Source of the DNA: a virus
Direction: 5' to 3' (one strand)
Virus record (IMG/VR): IMGVR_UViG_3300025727_000603
Location: 1 to 64,000 of that record
Length of the DNA stretch: 64,000 bases
The notes beneath the pieces were generated by a model, which was not told the DNA's origin, ran no database searches, and saw nothing but the letters and a program-made list of their open reading frames with translations. Positions 1 through 9,703 of this stretch are shown one piece after another (the first letter of the stretch is position 1; every line of letters starts with the position of its first letter). The position numbers were made by a program, and so were the translations under genes.

Positions 1-530
1 AAGGATACAGAATAAGCTGGTATAAAATCACCAGTTGCCATTTGTTGTATCTGTATATCTGTAGAGAACACATCCTTATAATTCATCTTCATTTCATCTA
101 TATCGCCGGGTGGTGATATAAGATCCATCCAAGATTTAAAATATTTAAATATGTAGTAATCATTTGTTAATAAGAATGTCATCTCAATATCAGGTGAGTC
201 TATACCATAAGGTACTTTAGTTGTTTTCATACCTATTCTTCGATCTGATGTCATAAATGATCGACCCGGTAAAGTACATGATTCAGCGAGTAGATATATA
301 TCTCTAGGATCATTAAGAAAGGAAGTAGGAGAAAACCCACCACCAGTTACAAGAGATCTCAGACCTGTAGAGGCTACAGAACCAATAGCACCTGCTATAC
401 CTCCAGCACCTCCGGTAAGTATATTCTGACCTGCAGGGTTATTCATATATATAGCAAACCTATTAGATTTTGCTACACCCCCTCTACGATCTATACTTGA
501 TTTTAATGTATCTACATTAGCTGGTAACAT
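1..530 (-). CDS. baseplate tail-tube initiator / tail-tube family protein (T4 gp54/gp19-like); runs off the window, not in ORF track
   Basis: Manual translation from ATG at 530, directly after the gp2 stop: MLPANVDTLKSSIDRRGGVAKSNRFAIYMNNP...LAESCTLPGRSF...KVPYG...IEMTFLLTNDYYIFKYFKSWMDLI. The GG.ak.NRF, LPGR and F..W.d.I motifs are typical of gp19/gp54 family proteins. Confidence 0.75.
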   Translation of the reverse strand, partial: MLPANVDTLKSSIDRRGGVAKSNRFAIYMNNPAGQNILTGGAGGIAGAIGSVASTGLRSLVTGGGFSPTSFLNDPRDIYLLAESCTLPGRSFMTSDRRIGMKTTKVPYGIDSPDIEMTFLLTNDYYIFKYFKSWMDLISPPGDIDEMKMNYKDVFSTDIQIQQMATGDFIPAYSVS

Positions 531-1121
531 TTATATTGACCTTCTAGATTGTCCCCATACATGGGATTTTGATTTCTTCTTAAACGATTCTGTTTTAAGA
601 AATATTGCTATTTCCCATTCAGGTGCTTCTACCATTGCAATATTTGAATTAACATTAGGTGTTAAATAATGTTTAAAACATGGTGCAAATTCTTTTAATT
701 TAGCAACTGATTTTAACATAGAATAGTTAATTGATATCTTTGTTGACTCATCAAACTTTCTATTATTAGTATTCTCCATTAACTTATCGAGAAACTTAGC
801 TCTTAATACAGGTGAAAGATAATGTAAATTTAATCCATAAAATCCACCTTCAGCTCTTTCAACTGCAATAATTAAAGGGAATGCATCATAATAAGGTAAT
901 GTCTTACGGTGCTTAGGATCGTAAAAGAACATATACATTGATCCTGACCTAAAACCAGACTTTTGTATTAATGCTTTGTCTGCTAATACTTTATGCCCAT
1001 TAACATTACCAAGTTCTTGTACTTTTTGTCGAAACCACTGCCTAGAAGCGTCTGACCTGGCTTGTATACCTGATCTAAATGCTTCCTTTTCTAATGTATC
1101 GAATAATGATTGTTCTGCCAT
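531..1121 (-). CDS. gp2: DNA end protector protein
   Basis: MYMFFYDPKHRKTLPYYDAFPLI, GLNLHYL, PCFKHYL and WEIAIFL motifs; sits next to gp4 as in T4-like phages. Confidence 0.9.
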   Translation of the reverse strand: MAEQSLFDTLEKEAFRSGIQARSDASRQWFRQKVQELGNVNGHKVLADKALIQKSGFRSGSMYMFFYDPKHRKTLPYYDAFPLIIAVERAEGGFYGLNLHYLSPVLRAKFLDKLMENTNNRKFDESTKISINYSMLKSVAKLKEFAPCFKHYLTPNVNSNIAMVEAPEWEIAIFLKTESFKKKSKSHVWGQSRRSI

Positions 1122-1126
1122 ATATG

Positions 1127-1134
1127 TATTTATA
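1127..1134 (-). promoter_or_regulatory. T4-type late promoter (TATAAATA) for gp2/gp54-like genes
   Basis: tatttata on the + strand at 1127-1134, 5 nt upstream of the gp2 ATG. Confidence 0.65.
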
Positions 1135-1144
1135 TACCTATGTC

Positions 1145-1173
1145 TTGACTTTTACTTAAAAATGTGTTATAAT
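1145..1173 (+). promoter_or_regulatory. sigma70-type promoter, TTGACT-N17-TATAAT with extended -10 TG
   Basis: TTGACT at 1145-1150, 17-nt spacer, TG at 1165-1166, TATAAT at 1168-1173; intergenic and pointing antisense into gp4. Confidence 0.65.
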
Positions 1174-1206
1174 ATTACTAGTGATGCGGAAGCCAGGGAA
1201 AGTACA

Positions 1207-1653
1207 TTAATACGTGAGTAGTTTAATACCCATCCCCTTTAATGTATGCTCAGTCCATATACAAAACTCACAGTCGTTGAGTTCAGCAAAGTCACGTGCA
1301 GCTTCCCATTTACACTGATTCTTAACATAAGTCAAAGCCTCTTTAATATATCGTTTAGTCTTTCTAGTTCCTCTCGGAGGTTTTGTTTGTTTATCTGGTT
1401 TAATCTCTATTAAGTATTTCTTACCTGCAGCTGTCTTAAAGTAGACATCAATAAAGTAACGATGCATCTTATTATCTGTTTGACATCGATAAGGTATTAC
1501 TACTTCTTCAGAATTCCATTCTACTATATCAGACTGATTGTCAATCCATTTAAAGGTTTGTCGTTCCCACATGGATCTATACGTTATCTTCTGAGCATCA
1601 CCTCTATATTTTTTTAGATTTTTAGGTGTGAACTTCCCTTTATATGTTTTCAT
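1207..1653 (-). CDS. gp4: head completion protein (TnsA-like nuclease fold)
   Basis: MKTYKGKFTPKNLKKYRGD, YRSMWE, WNSEEVVIPY, HRYFID, EIKP and NQCKWEAA motifs. The true start is probably ATG 1653 rather than 1680. Confidence 0.9.
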   Translation of the reverse strand: MKTYKGKFTPKNLKKYRGDAQKITYRSMWERQTFKWIDNQSDIVEWNSEEVVIPYRCQTDNKMHRYFIDVYFKTAAGKKYLIEIKPDKQTKPPRGTRKTKRYIKEALTYVKNQCKWEAARDFAELNDCEFCIWTEHTLKGMGIKLLTY

Positions 1654-1659
1654 AATTAG

Positions 1660-1689
1660 TATAAATATAATATAATACACATATTTATA
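1660..1689. promoter_or_regulatory. pair of opposed T4-type late promoters (TATAAATA + at 1660-1667, - at 1682-1689)
   Basis: Both octamers lie in the 50-bp gap between divergent gp4 and gp48. Confidence 0.75.
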
Positions 1690-1703
1690 AGGCTAGAAAT
1701 CAC

Positions 1704-2570
1704 ATGGGATTATTAAGCGCAGCTGCGGACGCGGTAGGATTATCATTCGATGACGCTAAAAAAGATTTATTATCAGACAAGGTTGCCGGTAAAATTTTAA
1801 GATATCCTTTAGGAATTGGTGATAATAAATCACCTGTTATAGTATTTCATATCCATAAAGCTCAATATTCTCTGAGAGGAGTGAGTACTACTGTAGGATC
1901 ACACATAGCTCTTCATATGGTTAAGGGGTTTCAGGCAGGAGATTCTCTTAATTACACAGATAGACAATCCGGTATAGCTGGATCAGTAATGATGAATGGG
2001 CTACCTTCATCAGAGGAAGCCAAAAATTCAATAAAAGCTATGCTTGGTGAAGAATCTTTTAAAGAAGTTACTTCACTTGCAGGTACAGCAGCTGGTGGTA
2101 TGATTGGAGGTGGTAGTGGCGCTGTTATAGGTAATATAGTATCCCAATCTTTAGGGAATATGGCAGTGGAACAATTGAAGAATACACAACAGGTATTTAC
2201 TGAAAACCCATTTATAACATTTCAGGGTGTTAACCTCCGGAGTTGGGCATTTCCATGGACATTTCACCCGTCATCTAAAGAGGAATCACAAGCAGTAAAA
2301 CAAATTATTCAGAGATTTCGCGAAGCTATGTATCCGGCAAGAACTAATAATGGATTAACTCTTCAATTTCCTATGGTATTTAATATAGAAATATTAAACG
2401 CAAATCTTCCTAAAATGCCTGAAGTAGCTCTTGTTAGTTTAAATGTAACTTATAACGGCACATCAAATTCGTATTTCTTAGATACAGATGAACCTACAGA
2501 AGTAGCGCTTAATTTAGAATTTAAGGAATTAATGCCTATCTATAAAAACCATGTTAAAGAAGGATATTAA
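1704..2570 (+). CDS. gp48: baseplate tail tube cap
   Basis: LRYP, NPF.TFQGVNLRSW.F.W.F.P.S.EES.AV..II..FR..MYP, and L.LEFKEL; position divergent from gp4. Confidence 0.85.
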   Translation: MGLLSAAADAVGLSFDDAKKDLLSDKVAGKILRYPLGIGDNKSPVIVFHIHKAQYSLRGVSTTVGSHIALHMVKGFQAGDSLNYTDRQSGIAGSVMMNGLPSSEEAKNSIKAMLGEESFKEVTSLAGTAAGGMIGGGSGAVIGNIVSQSLGNMAVEQLKNTQQVFTENPFITFQGVNLRSWAFPWTFHPSSKEESQAVKQIIQRFREAMYPARTNNGLTLQFPMVFNIEILNANLPKMPEVALVSLNVTYNGTSNSYFLDTDEPTEVALNLEFKELMPIYKNHVKEGY

Positions 2571-2575
2571 ACGTT

Positions 2576-3514
2576 ATGCATTATTTTAAGTATTTTCCAA
2601 CTGTAACATGGGAAGATTTCGTTGATGGGGTTCATGAAAAAAAGACAGTAGTTAATTTAACAGCCTATACTACAATTGCATCTAAATTAATAGATGACGT
2701 TTCATACTATTCTTATGTTACAATACCTCAAGGTGACAGGCCTGACAATTTATCATACTCTTTGTATGGTACTACGGATTACTATTGGACATTTTTTATA
2801 ATTAATGATCATCTAAGAAATCTGTATACAGACTGGCCAATGACAGATTCTCAATTAATGGATTGGATTGAATCAAAATATCCAGGTATTGCTATATACC
2901 CTCAACAGGTTGGTCAGACAGATTTTTCTCATTCTTTTTTTAATTTAGATATAGGTGATATTCTTTCTTCATATTTTGATAAAAATTCAACTGATACTGA
3001 AATATCACAAAAAATATCTGTTGAAGTTAAAAACCTCTTTCCTACCAATGGATGGATTCAAGCTGAATATATAGATCCTTCGAAGGGTCAATTTAAATTT
3101 GGTGATAACCCGGTTATTGCGCAAGCACAGGTTTTAAAAATAGATGCTTCTACCAATAAATCGGATATAGGTGAATCTTTTTTAATATCCGAAATATCAA
3201 AAGCGTATGATGCACCTCATCATTATGAAAATGAAGAAGGTGAGGTTGTAGCTACTAATCCTGAACTAAACGATAGAGGTGAACGAGTCTCTCTCACTTC
3301 TTCATCAAAAGACACCACACTAGATTTTTTATCCCAGGTGGGTATAGATTCAGTAGATATTAAAAAACATCATCCAAAAATTCGTCCTGTATCATTTGTT
3401 GAATATGAGAAACGGGCAAACATTAACAGATCATATATAAGAGTAATCAAACCGGAATTTATAAAGGAAGTTTCAGAAAAGTTTAGATTAGCAATGAAAG
3501 AGCAACAAGAATGA
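2576..3514 (+). CDS. gp53: baseplate wedge subunit
   Basis: YFKYFP, GDRPDNLSY.LYG..DYYW....N, DWP, HHYE and YE...N...IRVIKP motifs; follows gp48. Confidence 0.85.
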   Translation: MHYFKYFPTVTWEDFVDGVHEKKTVVNLTAYTTIASKLIDDVSYYSYVTIPQGDRPDNLSYSLYGTTDYYWTFFIINDHLRNLYTDWPMTDSQLMDWIESKYPGIAIYPQQVGQTDFSHSFFNLDIGDILSSYFDKNSTDTEISQKISVEVKNLFPTNGWIQAEYIDPSKGQFKFGDNPVIAQAQVLKIDASTNKSDIGESFLISEISKAYDAPHHYENEEGEVVATNPELNDRGERVSLTSSSKDTTLDFLSQVGIDSVDIKKHHPKIRPVSFVEYEKRANINRSYIRVIKPEFIKEVSEKFRLAMKEQQE

Positions 3515-4812
3515 GTCGTAGAGTAAATCATGACGTAATAACTGAGGTTAAACCTGATTCGTTAATTAATTCGTATGATGATTTTAAAGTAATTCTTACA
3601 ACGGTTAACTCTAATTCTATAGATATATCATCTAACGTCATCACTGTTGAGATATACGAATCTATCGACTCCCCGTACTTAAATGCCACTCTTACAATGA
3701 TGGATGATTCTGGTCTAATCTCTGGTGCCCCTCTTATTGGTCAGGAAACAATTGAAATACAATTTACTAAAGATTCATCTAAAAAACAGTTATTCTTTAA
3801 AATTAATGGATTTAATAATCTTGAATATTTAGATGATAATATAGTCCATTTTGATCTTGAATTAGTTTCAGATATTGAAATGCTTAATTCAACAAAGGCC
3901 TTTTCTAAAGCTTTTTCTGGTTCAACAACTTCGATAATTGAAATGATTTATGATCAGTATCTTAAAGAAAAGATAGAAATTATTGATAAATCTGCAGATG
4001 ACATATCAATAGTATTCCCTTTTATTAAACCCTTTCAAGCTATAGGTAAGTTACTTTCTCAAACCTTTGATAAAAATGGATTTCCTTTATTTCTTTTTGA
4101 GACTCTAAACGGATCTTCTATTAAATTAATATCTCTAGCTACCTTAAGATCAGAGAAACCTAAATATACACTTTCTAAATCACCTATTTTAAATACCGGT
4201 GATCTTGGATCATCTTTAAGAGGTGCTCATAAGCTGAGACATAAGATTCATACATTAAGTCTAGAAGACTCTTATGACACACTAAAACTAATAAGAACAG
4301 GTTCATTTTCTTCTAGATCTGAAGTAGCTGATATATCACAGAAAACAGTATATTCTAATCTATTTGGTTATGAAGGTCTTAGTCCTCTTGAATATGAATA
4401 TATTTCACCTATTCATCAGATATCGTCACCTTCTATACCCCCATCTAAATCTTTTACCTCACTTATAAGTGAACGAAGGTCCAATTTAAAAGCCTACGAG
4501 CGAAATTCAAATTATAATACTATTCAAATTAATAAGATTAATATAATGAAATCCTATTATCATAGAATGGACCTTGTTAAGATAAATGTAGAATGTGACC
4601 CTATTCAATCCATTGAGTCAGGTGATATAATTAACCTAATAATACCAAAGAATATACCTAAGATTTCAGAAACTGATAATGATCTTTTTCTTTCCGGAAA
4701 GTATATGATTCATGCGATAAACCATAGATTCCATAAAGGAGAATATAAAATGTATATTGATTTAATTGGAGATTCTATTGGTACTGAACATACTCTGGGT
4801 GCTGTAGAATGA
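3511..4812 (+). CDS. baseplate hub / tail protein (gp27-like)
   Basis: IYESIDSP.L...L...D, P.IGQE.I, FLFET, SGD.INL.IP and SGKYMI.AINH.F motifs; lies between gp53 and gp5. Confidence 0.65.
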   Translation: MSRRVNHDVITEVKPDSLINSYDDFKVILTTVNSNSIDISSNVITVEIYESIDSPYLNATLTMMDDSGLISGAPLIGQETIEIQFTKDSSKKQLFFKINGFNNLEYLDDNIVHFDLELVSDIEMLNSTKAFSKAFSGSTTSIIEMIYDQYLKEKIEIIDKSADDISIVFPFIKPFQAIGKLLSQTFDKNGFPLFLFETLNGSSIKLISLATLRSEKPKYTLSKSPILNTGDLGSSLRGAHKLRHKIHTLSLEDSYDTLKLIRTGSFSSRSEVADISQKTVYSNLFGYEGLSPLEYEYISPIHQISSPSIPPSKSFTSLISERRSNLKAYERNSNYNTIQINKINIMKSYYHRMDLVKINVECDPIQSIESGDIINLIIPKNIPKISETDNDLFLSGKYMIHAINHRFHKGEYKMYIDLIGDSIGTEHTLGAVE

Positions 4813-6080
4813 TGCAAGTTGAATTAGGTGTTGTTGAAGATAGAATGGACCCTGAAGAAATGGGTAGAGTAAGAGTTCGTATACTCGGTAAACATACTTC
4901 CAATTTAAGCGATATACCTACAGCTTCATTACCATGGGCTACAGTTATGTTACCTAACACATCACCTTCTACTTCTGGTGTAGGGCATACACCATTCTTA
5001 GTTGAGGGTTCATGGGTTGTTGTGGCATGGTATGACGATTTTATGCAAGATCCTATTGTACTAGGGTCTATAGCGTCTATATCTGCAATGAGACCTAATA
5101 TATCCGAAGGGTTTAATGACCCTAAAGGAAAATTTCCATGGGAGTACAATATTGGTCAACCGGACTATAATAGATTAGGACGTGGACTTAATGCGGAAGA
5201 TAATATAATGCTACAGCAGCGTAGAGGTTTAAAATTATCTGATATTCCAAAAGCCACTAAACCTAATGTAAAATCAACAGAAAATGTTAAGCCAGATGAT
5301 AGAACAACATGGGATGAGCCAGATCCTAAATCAAATACATATTCACAGTATCCTTATAATCATGTGTATGAATCAGAAGCAGGTCATATTATAGAAGTAG
5401 ATGATTCCCCTGATGGTGAACGTCTAATGACTCAACATAAGTCAGGTACATTTGAAGAAATACATCCTACAGGAGACAAAGTTGTTCATATTGTAAGAGA
5501 TCAATATGAGATAACAATGGGTAAAAAACAAGTATTCATTAAAGGGGCATGTGATATTACTGTAGATGGTACAGTCCGTCAACTTATTAAAGGGGATTAT
5601 ATTCTTGAAGTTGAAGGTGATATGACTACTAAAGTACATAAAAATAGATATACTAAGATCGGTGCTCGTGGCGATAAAAAGGGTGGTGGTAATGATGCTT
5701 TTGAAATTGTAGGAAATCGTACAGGTAATATAGCTAAAGGTGAGATACTAACAATACATAAGGATTCTTCTATTACAACTATTGAAAATCATAAGCATAC
5801 TATTAATGGTGATTGGGATCAGGCTATAATGGGTAATACACAGATTACTACTACAAAAGAATGTAATTTAACTACATGGGGTAATTTCGGTACATTCTCT
5901 GGATTAAATTCATCAATGAAAGTAGCTGGAAAATTAGAAATTGATGCTAAAGGATTGTGTACATATATAATTGGTGAGACTTTAGCTATTTCTTCAGGAA
6001 AATTAATGACAATTAACACAGGATCTGAGAATATTGAGATTGATTCTGGCGATGTTATCCATTTAAATAAATCAAAATAA
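4809..6080 (+). CDS. gp5: baseplate central spike (OB-fold plus beta-helix, no lysozyme domain evident)
   Basis: GVVEDRMDPEEMGRVRVRILG.H, LPWA, YPYNHVYESEAGHIIE.DD.P.GER....H.SGTF.EI.P.G; C-terminal beta-helix repeats. Confidence 0.9.
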   Translation: MMQVELGVVEDRMDPEEMGRVRVRILGKHTSNLSDIPTASLPWATVMLPNTSPSTSGVGHTPFLVEGSWVVVAWYDDFMQDPIVLGSIASISAMRPNISEGFNDPKGKFPWEYNIGQPDYNRLGRGLNAEDNIMLQQRRGLKLSDIPKATKPNVKSTENVKPDDRTTWDEPDPKSNTYSQYPYNHVYESEAGHIIEVDDSPDGERLMTQHKSGTFEEIHPTGDKVVHIVRDQYEITMGKKQVFIKGACDITVDGTVRQLIKGDYILEVEGDMTTKVHKNRYTKIGARGDKKGGGNDAFEIVGNRTGNIAKGEILTIHKDSSITTIENHKHTINGDWDQAIMGNTQITTTKECNLTTWGNFGTFSGLNSSMKVAGKLEIDAKGLCTYIIGETLAISSGKLMTINTGSENIEIDSGDVIHLNKSK

Positions 6081-6094
6081 TAGAGGATATATAG

Positions 6095-7339
6095 ATGCCA
6101 TGTGGACTAGATGTTGATGCCTTATTAGGTGGTCTTCAGAAAGAATTAGATAAGGCAAAAACAGAAGCCCTTAATATGGTAAATTCTGCCATTGGAGAAG
6201 CTGAAGCTGCAGCTAACAAGCTGAAAGAGGATATGGAAAAACAAATCCGTGACTGGATGCCAAAAATGCCTGAGCTTCCTGAATTACCAAAAATACCAAT
6301 GCAGATTGCTATGGCTCAAAAGGCAATGCTGATTGCAAAAGAAATGGAGAAACTAGCTGGTGGAAATATTCCACCTGAAGTCCGAGCAGCTGCCATGAAG
6401 AAAATAAAAGAAATTAAAGAATCTTTTAAAAAAGAATGGGGGGATGCACTAGATGAAAATGGGTTTGATATGGAGGAAATTTTTAAGCAAATAGAAGCTC
6501 TTAAAGATTTAGACCCTTGTATGCTTATACCTAATATAAAGAAAGACCCGGCTACAGGAAAGGCTAAGTTAGAAGTAGAAACACCAGTATTTCCTACTAA
6601 GTTACCTGAGGCAGAAGAGCCATCAAAACCCTCAGCGTCTGCGGAAAAATCTAAAGAGGCTATAGAGTCTACAGATCTTATAGTAGCGGCAAATGTAACA
6701 GCTGTTGCAAAAGAGGTAGAGTCAGCTCCTGATGATACTACTATAAAGGAAGCAAGATCTAGTAAGACACCTTCAGGGAATAAACAAATTAAAGGAGCAT
6801 CTGTAATATATGATGCGTCTGGTAAAGAAGTAACATATACTGGAGTTGATCTATTTTATGAATTCCTAGTGGAAAACCCAAATGTGAAAAGAGAAGATTT
6901 TAAACATGCATGGAAATATAATAGAGCTAAATGGGACACTTTAGATGAGTCTACAATTATAAAATACCAATCAAGATTTGATGCTAAAATATCAGGTAAT
7001 AATTATAAAATAGGAACTCTCTTTCAGGATAATATTTCTTATAAAACCTATGATCGAGGTAAGTATGTACGCTCAATGAGAGGGGTAGAAGATAAAGACC
7101 TTATACTAAACTATGATTTAAAATCTCATATAAAACAAATTGAAGAAAAATTAGGGGTTGTTTATGTCTCAACAGTACAATTTCCTATTGAAATGGCTCT
7201 ATATAGCCGTTTGGGTACATATACAGGAATTGAGAAAATGATGACACCTTTCAGTTGGAAATCAAATGAATTTGCATGGAAAGAACCTGCATATACTATA
7301 GAATACGATAAAGCCTCTATCAGATTTAGATATAAATAG
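6095..7339 (+). CDS. hypothetical baseplate-region protein with N-terminal coiled coil
   Basis: 414-aa ORF with SD (agagga). Helical E/K/A-rich N-half containing DPCMLIPNI; located between gp5 and gp25. Confidence 0.5.
   Translation: MPCGLDVDALLGGLQKELDKAKTEALNMVNSAIGEAEAAANKLKEDMEKQIRDWMPKMPELPELPKIPMQIAMAQKAMLIAKEMEKLAGGNIPPEVRAAAMKKIKEIKESFKKEWGDALDENGFDMEEIFKQIEALKDLDPCMLIPNIKKDPATGKAKLEVETPVFPTKLPEAEEPSKPSASAEKSKEAIESTDLIVAANVTAVAKEVESAPDDTTIKEARSSKTPSGNKQIKGASVIYDASGKEVTYTGVDLFYEFLVENPNVKREDFKHAWKYNRAKWDTLDESTIIKYQSRFDAKISGNNYKIGTLFQDNISYKTYDRGKYVRSMRGVEDKDLILNYDLKSHIKQIEEKLGVVYVSTVQFPIEMALYSRLGTYTGIEKMMTPFSWKSNEFAWKEPAYTIEYDKASIRFRYK
7331..7338 (+). promoter_or_regulatory. T4-type late promoter
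   Basis: TATAAATA ends 5 nt before the gp25 ATG. Confidence 0.7.
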
Positions 7340-7343
7340 TAAT

Positions 7344-7757
7344 ATGTCATATACAAACACAATAAATTCTAGAGAAGTTATATATTCGGACTTAAACTAT
7401 AAGTTTCGTATACTTCCTAATATAAAAGATTTAGCAATTAAAAAGGATGTGGACGCTGTAAAACAATCAGTTATGAACATTCTTTTGACTAATAGGGGTG
7501 AAAAACCATTTGAACCTTTGTATGGAGGATCTCTTAGAGATTATCTATTTGAGAATTTTGACATGATAACTGCAGCTGCTATAAGAGAAAGGATTCGCAC
7601 ATCAATAGTTAATTATGAACCTAGAGTAGAAATCCTATCAATTGAACTTAATGATTATATGGATAGAAATGCCCTAAGAATAAAACTAGAATTAAAAATT
7701 ATATCACCTGAGGATTTAATTACCTCATTAGACTTCATAGTAGAGAGACTCCGTTAA
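7344..7757 (+). CDS. gp25: baseplate wedge subunit
   Basis: YSDL, AVKQSVMNILLT.RGEKPF.P.YG..L...LFE, YEPRV and C-terminal ERLR. Confidence 0.92.
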   Translation: MSYTNTINSREVIYSDLNYKFRILPNIKDLAIKKDVDAVKQSVMNILLTNRGEKPFEPLYGGSLRDYLFENFDMITAAAIRERIRTSIVNYEPRVEILSIELNDYMDRNALRIKLELKIISPEDLITSLDFIVERLR

Positions 7758-9700
7758 TGGCCATTCTAAATAACTTCAAAGTATCAGAATTAGATTTTGA
7801 TCAGATTAAATCTAATTTACTAGAGTTCCTTCAGTCACAGGATGAGCTATCTGATTATAATTTTGAGGGTTCTGTATTAAACACATTAGTAGATCTAATG
7901 GCATACACTACTCATTATAATGCATTTAATGCTAACATGGCCTTAAATGAGTCTTTTCTGGATACTGCACAATTAAGATCATCAGTAGTATCACATGCTA
8001 AATTATTAGGATATACTCCACGATCCGCATTAGCTGCACGCGCGATGGTTGATATTGAAGTATTTAACCCTTTCCCTGAAGAAAATTCTGAAAAGCGTTC
8101 TACATGGCAACGAAGTGAAACTAACGCTGATACATGGAAACCTTTAGAACTTGTACGTGGAACTCAATTTTCAACTTCCATTCATAATAAAGACTATACC
8201 TACCTTGTCACAGAATCATTAGTTCATGAACACAATACTGACACATCAGATGGAGCCCCTGATTATAAATTCAGTAATGTTATGTTAACACAAGGTGAAT
8301 ATAGAACAGTTAAGTATGTATATACAAAACAATCTTCTGAGTTATATATAATACCATTTGAAAATGCAGTCACATCTACTATAAAAGTGACAGTCCAGAA
8401 GAATAAAAGCTCTACCCCATTTGAATATTACCATCCAGCATCAAATATTGTAAATATAACCCACAAATCAAAAATATATTGGATTCAAGAATCACGAGAG
8501 GGATTTTACGAATTAACATTCGGTGATGGTATTATCGGTCAGTCATTGTCTGATGGTAATATTATTAATATAGAATGTATAGTAGCCTCTAATCCGGCGG
8601 ATATTTCTAATGGAGCATCAATATTTTCTATACATCAGGATTTAGTTAATTCTAATAAAGTTAATGTTACAACTACAATGAATGCTATCGGTGGAGCTCC
8701 TCGTGAAGATATTGATTCAATTAAATATACGGCTCCTGTTGAGTATATATCACAGAACAGAGCTGTAACTCCTGAAGATTATAAAGCTATTATCTTAACA
8801 AACTTTCCAGATATTCGTGCTATTAATGTTTGGGGTGGAGAAGATAATATACCACCTGATTATGGTAAAGTTTATATATGTATTGCACCTTTATTTCAAG
8901 AAAATACTGTTAATAATGGTATTGGTATACCTACATTATCTTTTCAGCAAAAGGACTATATTAAAAGAACAATTTTAAAACCTAAGAATATTGTTTCAAT
9001 TACCCCCGAATTTACAGATCCTTCATACACATATATATCCCTTGGTATTTCATTTAAATACAATTCTAATATTACTAAAAAGAATTCTGTAGAATTATCA
9101 ACTATAGTTAAGAATAACATTTTAGCGTACTATGATCTTAAATTAAGACATTTTGATGGTGTCTTTAGGTATTCGAATTTACTTACTTTAATAGACAACA
9201 CTGATCCTGCTATATCTAACTCCACAGCTAATGTATATATTAAAAAACGCGTTGAGCTTCGCAAAGAGATTGATAATAAATACATAATACAATTTCCTGC
9301 AGCTCTTTTAAATTCTAATCAAGAAACTATTGTTTACTCTAACTCCTTTATATTTTCTGGTCTAGAGTGTATCTTTAAAGATATTCTTAGAGCTGATGGG
9401 AAAAGAATAGTATATATAATGTCACTTGTTGATTCTAATAAGCTTCGACAAATTGGTTTAGTAGATGCTTCACGGGGTCTTGTAACTCTTGAAGATTTTA
9501 ATCCTCTCGCTATGATGGACAGAGATAAGAAATATTTTGAAATAACAGGGATTCCTAATTCATACGATCTTGCTCCTAATAGAAATGAATTATTAACAAT
9601 TCTATCAGCTGATATTATAGTAAATGGTGAAATAGATTCAATGTTAACAGGTACAACTAATGCAGGTATAGATTATATAACTGCAGCTAAAGGAACATAG
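7757..9700 (+). CDS. gp6: baseplate wedge subunit
   Basis: SELDFDQIK.NL, DYNFEGS, AYTTHYNAFNANM..NESFLDTAQLRSSVVSHAK.LGY.P, FGDG.IG, QNRAVT..DY and WGGEDN.PP.YGKV. Confidence 0.93.
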   Translation: MAILNNFKVSELDFDQIKSNLLEFLQSQDELSDYNFEGSVLNTLVDLMAYTTHYNAFNANMALNESFLDTAQLRSSVVSHAKLLGYTPRSALAARAMVDIEVFNPFPEENSEKRSTWQRSETNADTWKPLELVRGTQFSTSIHNKDYTYLVTESLVHEHNTDTSDGAPDYKFSNVMLTQGEYRTVKYVYTKQSSELYIIPFENAVTSTIKVTVQKNKSSTPFEYYHPASNIVNITHKSKIYWIQESREGFYELTFGDGIIGQSLSDGNIINIECIVASNPADISNGASIFSIHQDLVNSNKVNVTTTMNAIGGAPREDIDSIKYTAPVEYISQNRAVTPEDYKAIILTNFPDIRAINVWGGEDNIPPDYGKVYICIAPLFQENTVNNGIGIPTLSFQQKDYIKRTILKPKNIVSITPEFTDPSYTYISLGISFKYNSNITKKNSVELSTIVKNNILAYYDLKLRHFDGVFRYSNLLTLIDNTDPAISNSTANVYIKKRVELRKEIDNKYIIQFPAALLNSNQETIVYSNSFIFSGLECIFKDILRADGKRIVYIMSLVDSNKLRQIGLVDASRGLVTLEDFNPLAMMDRDKKYFEITGIPNSYDLAPNRNELLTILSADIIVNGEIDSMLTGTTNAGIDYITAAKGT

Positions 9701-9703
9701 AAC

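Noticed and set aside
976-1221. 81-aa + strand ORF overlapping gp2
   Set aside because: It is antisense to a well-conserved gene, has no SD or motif, and starts upstream of the sigma70-like promoter.
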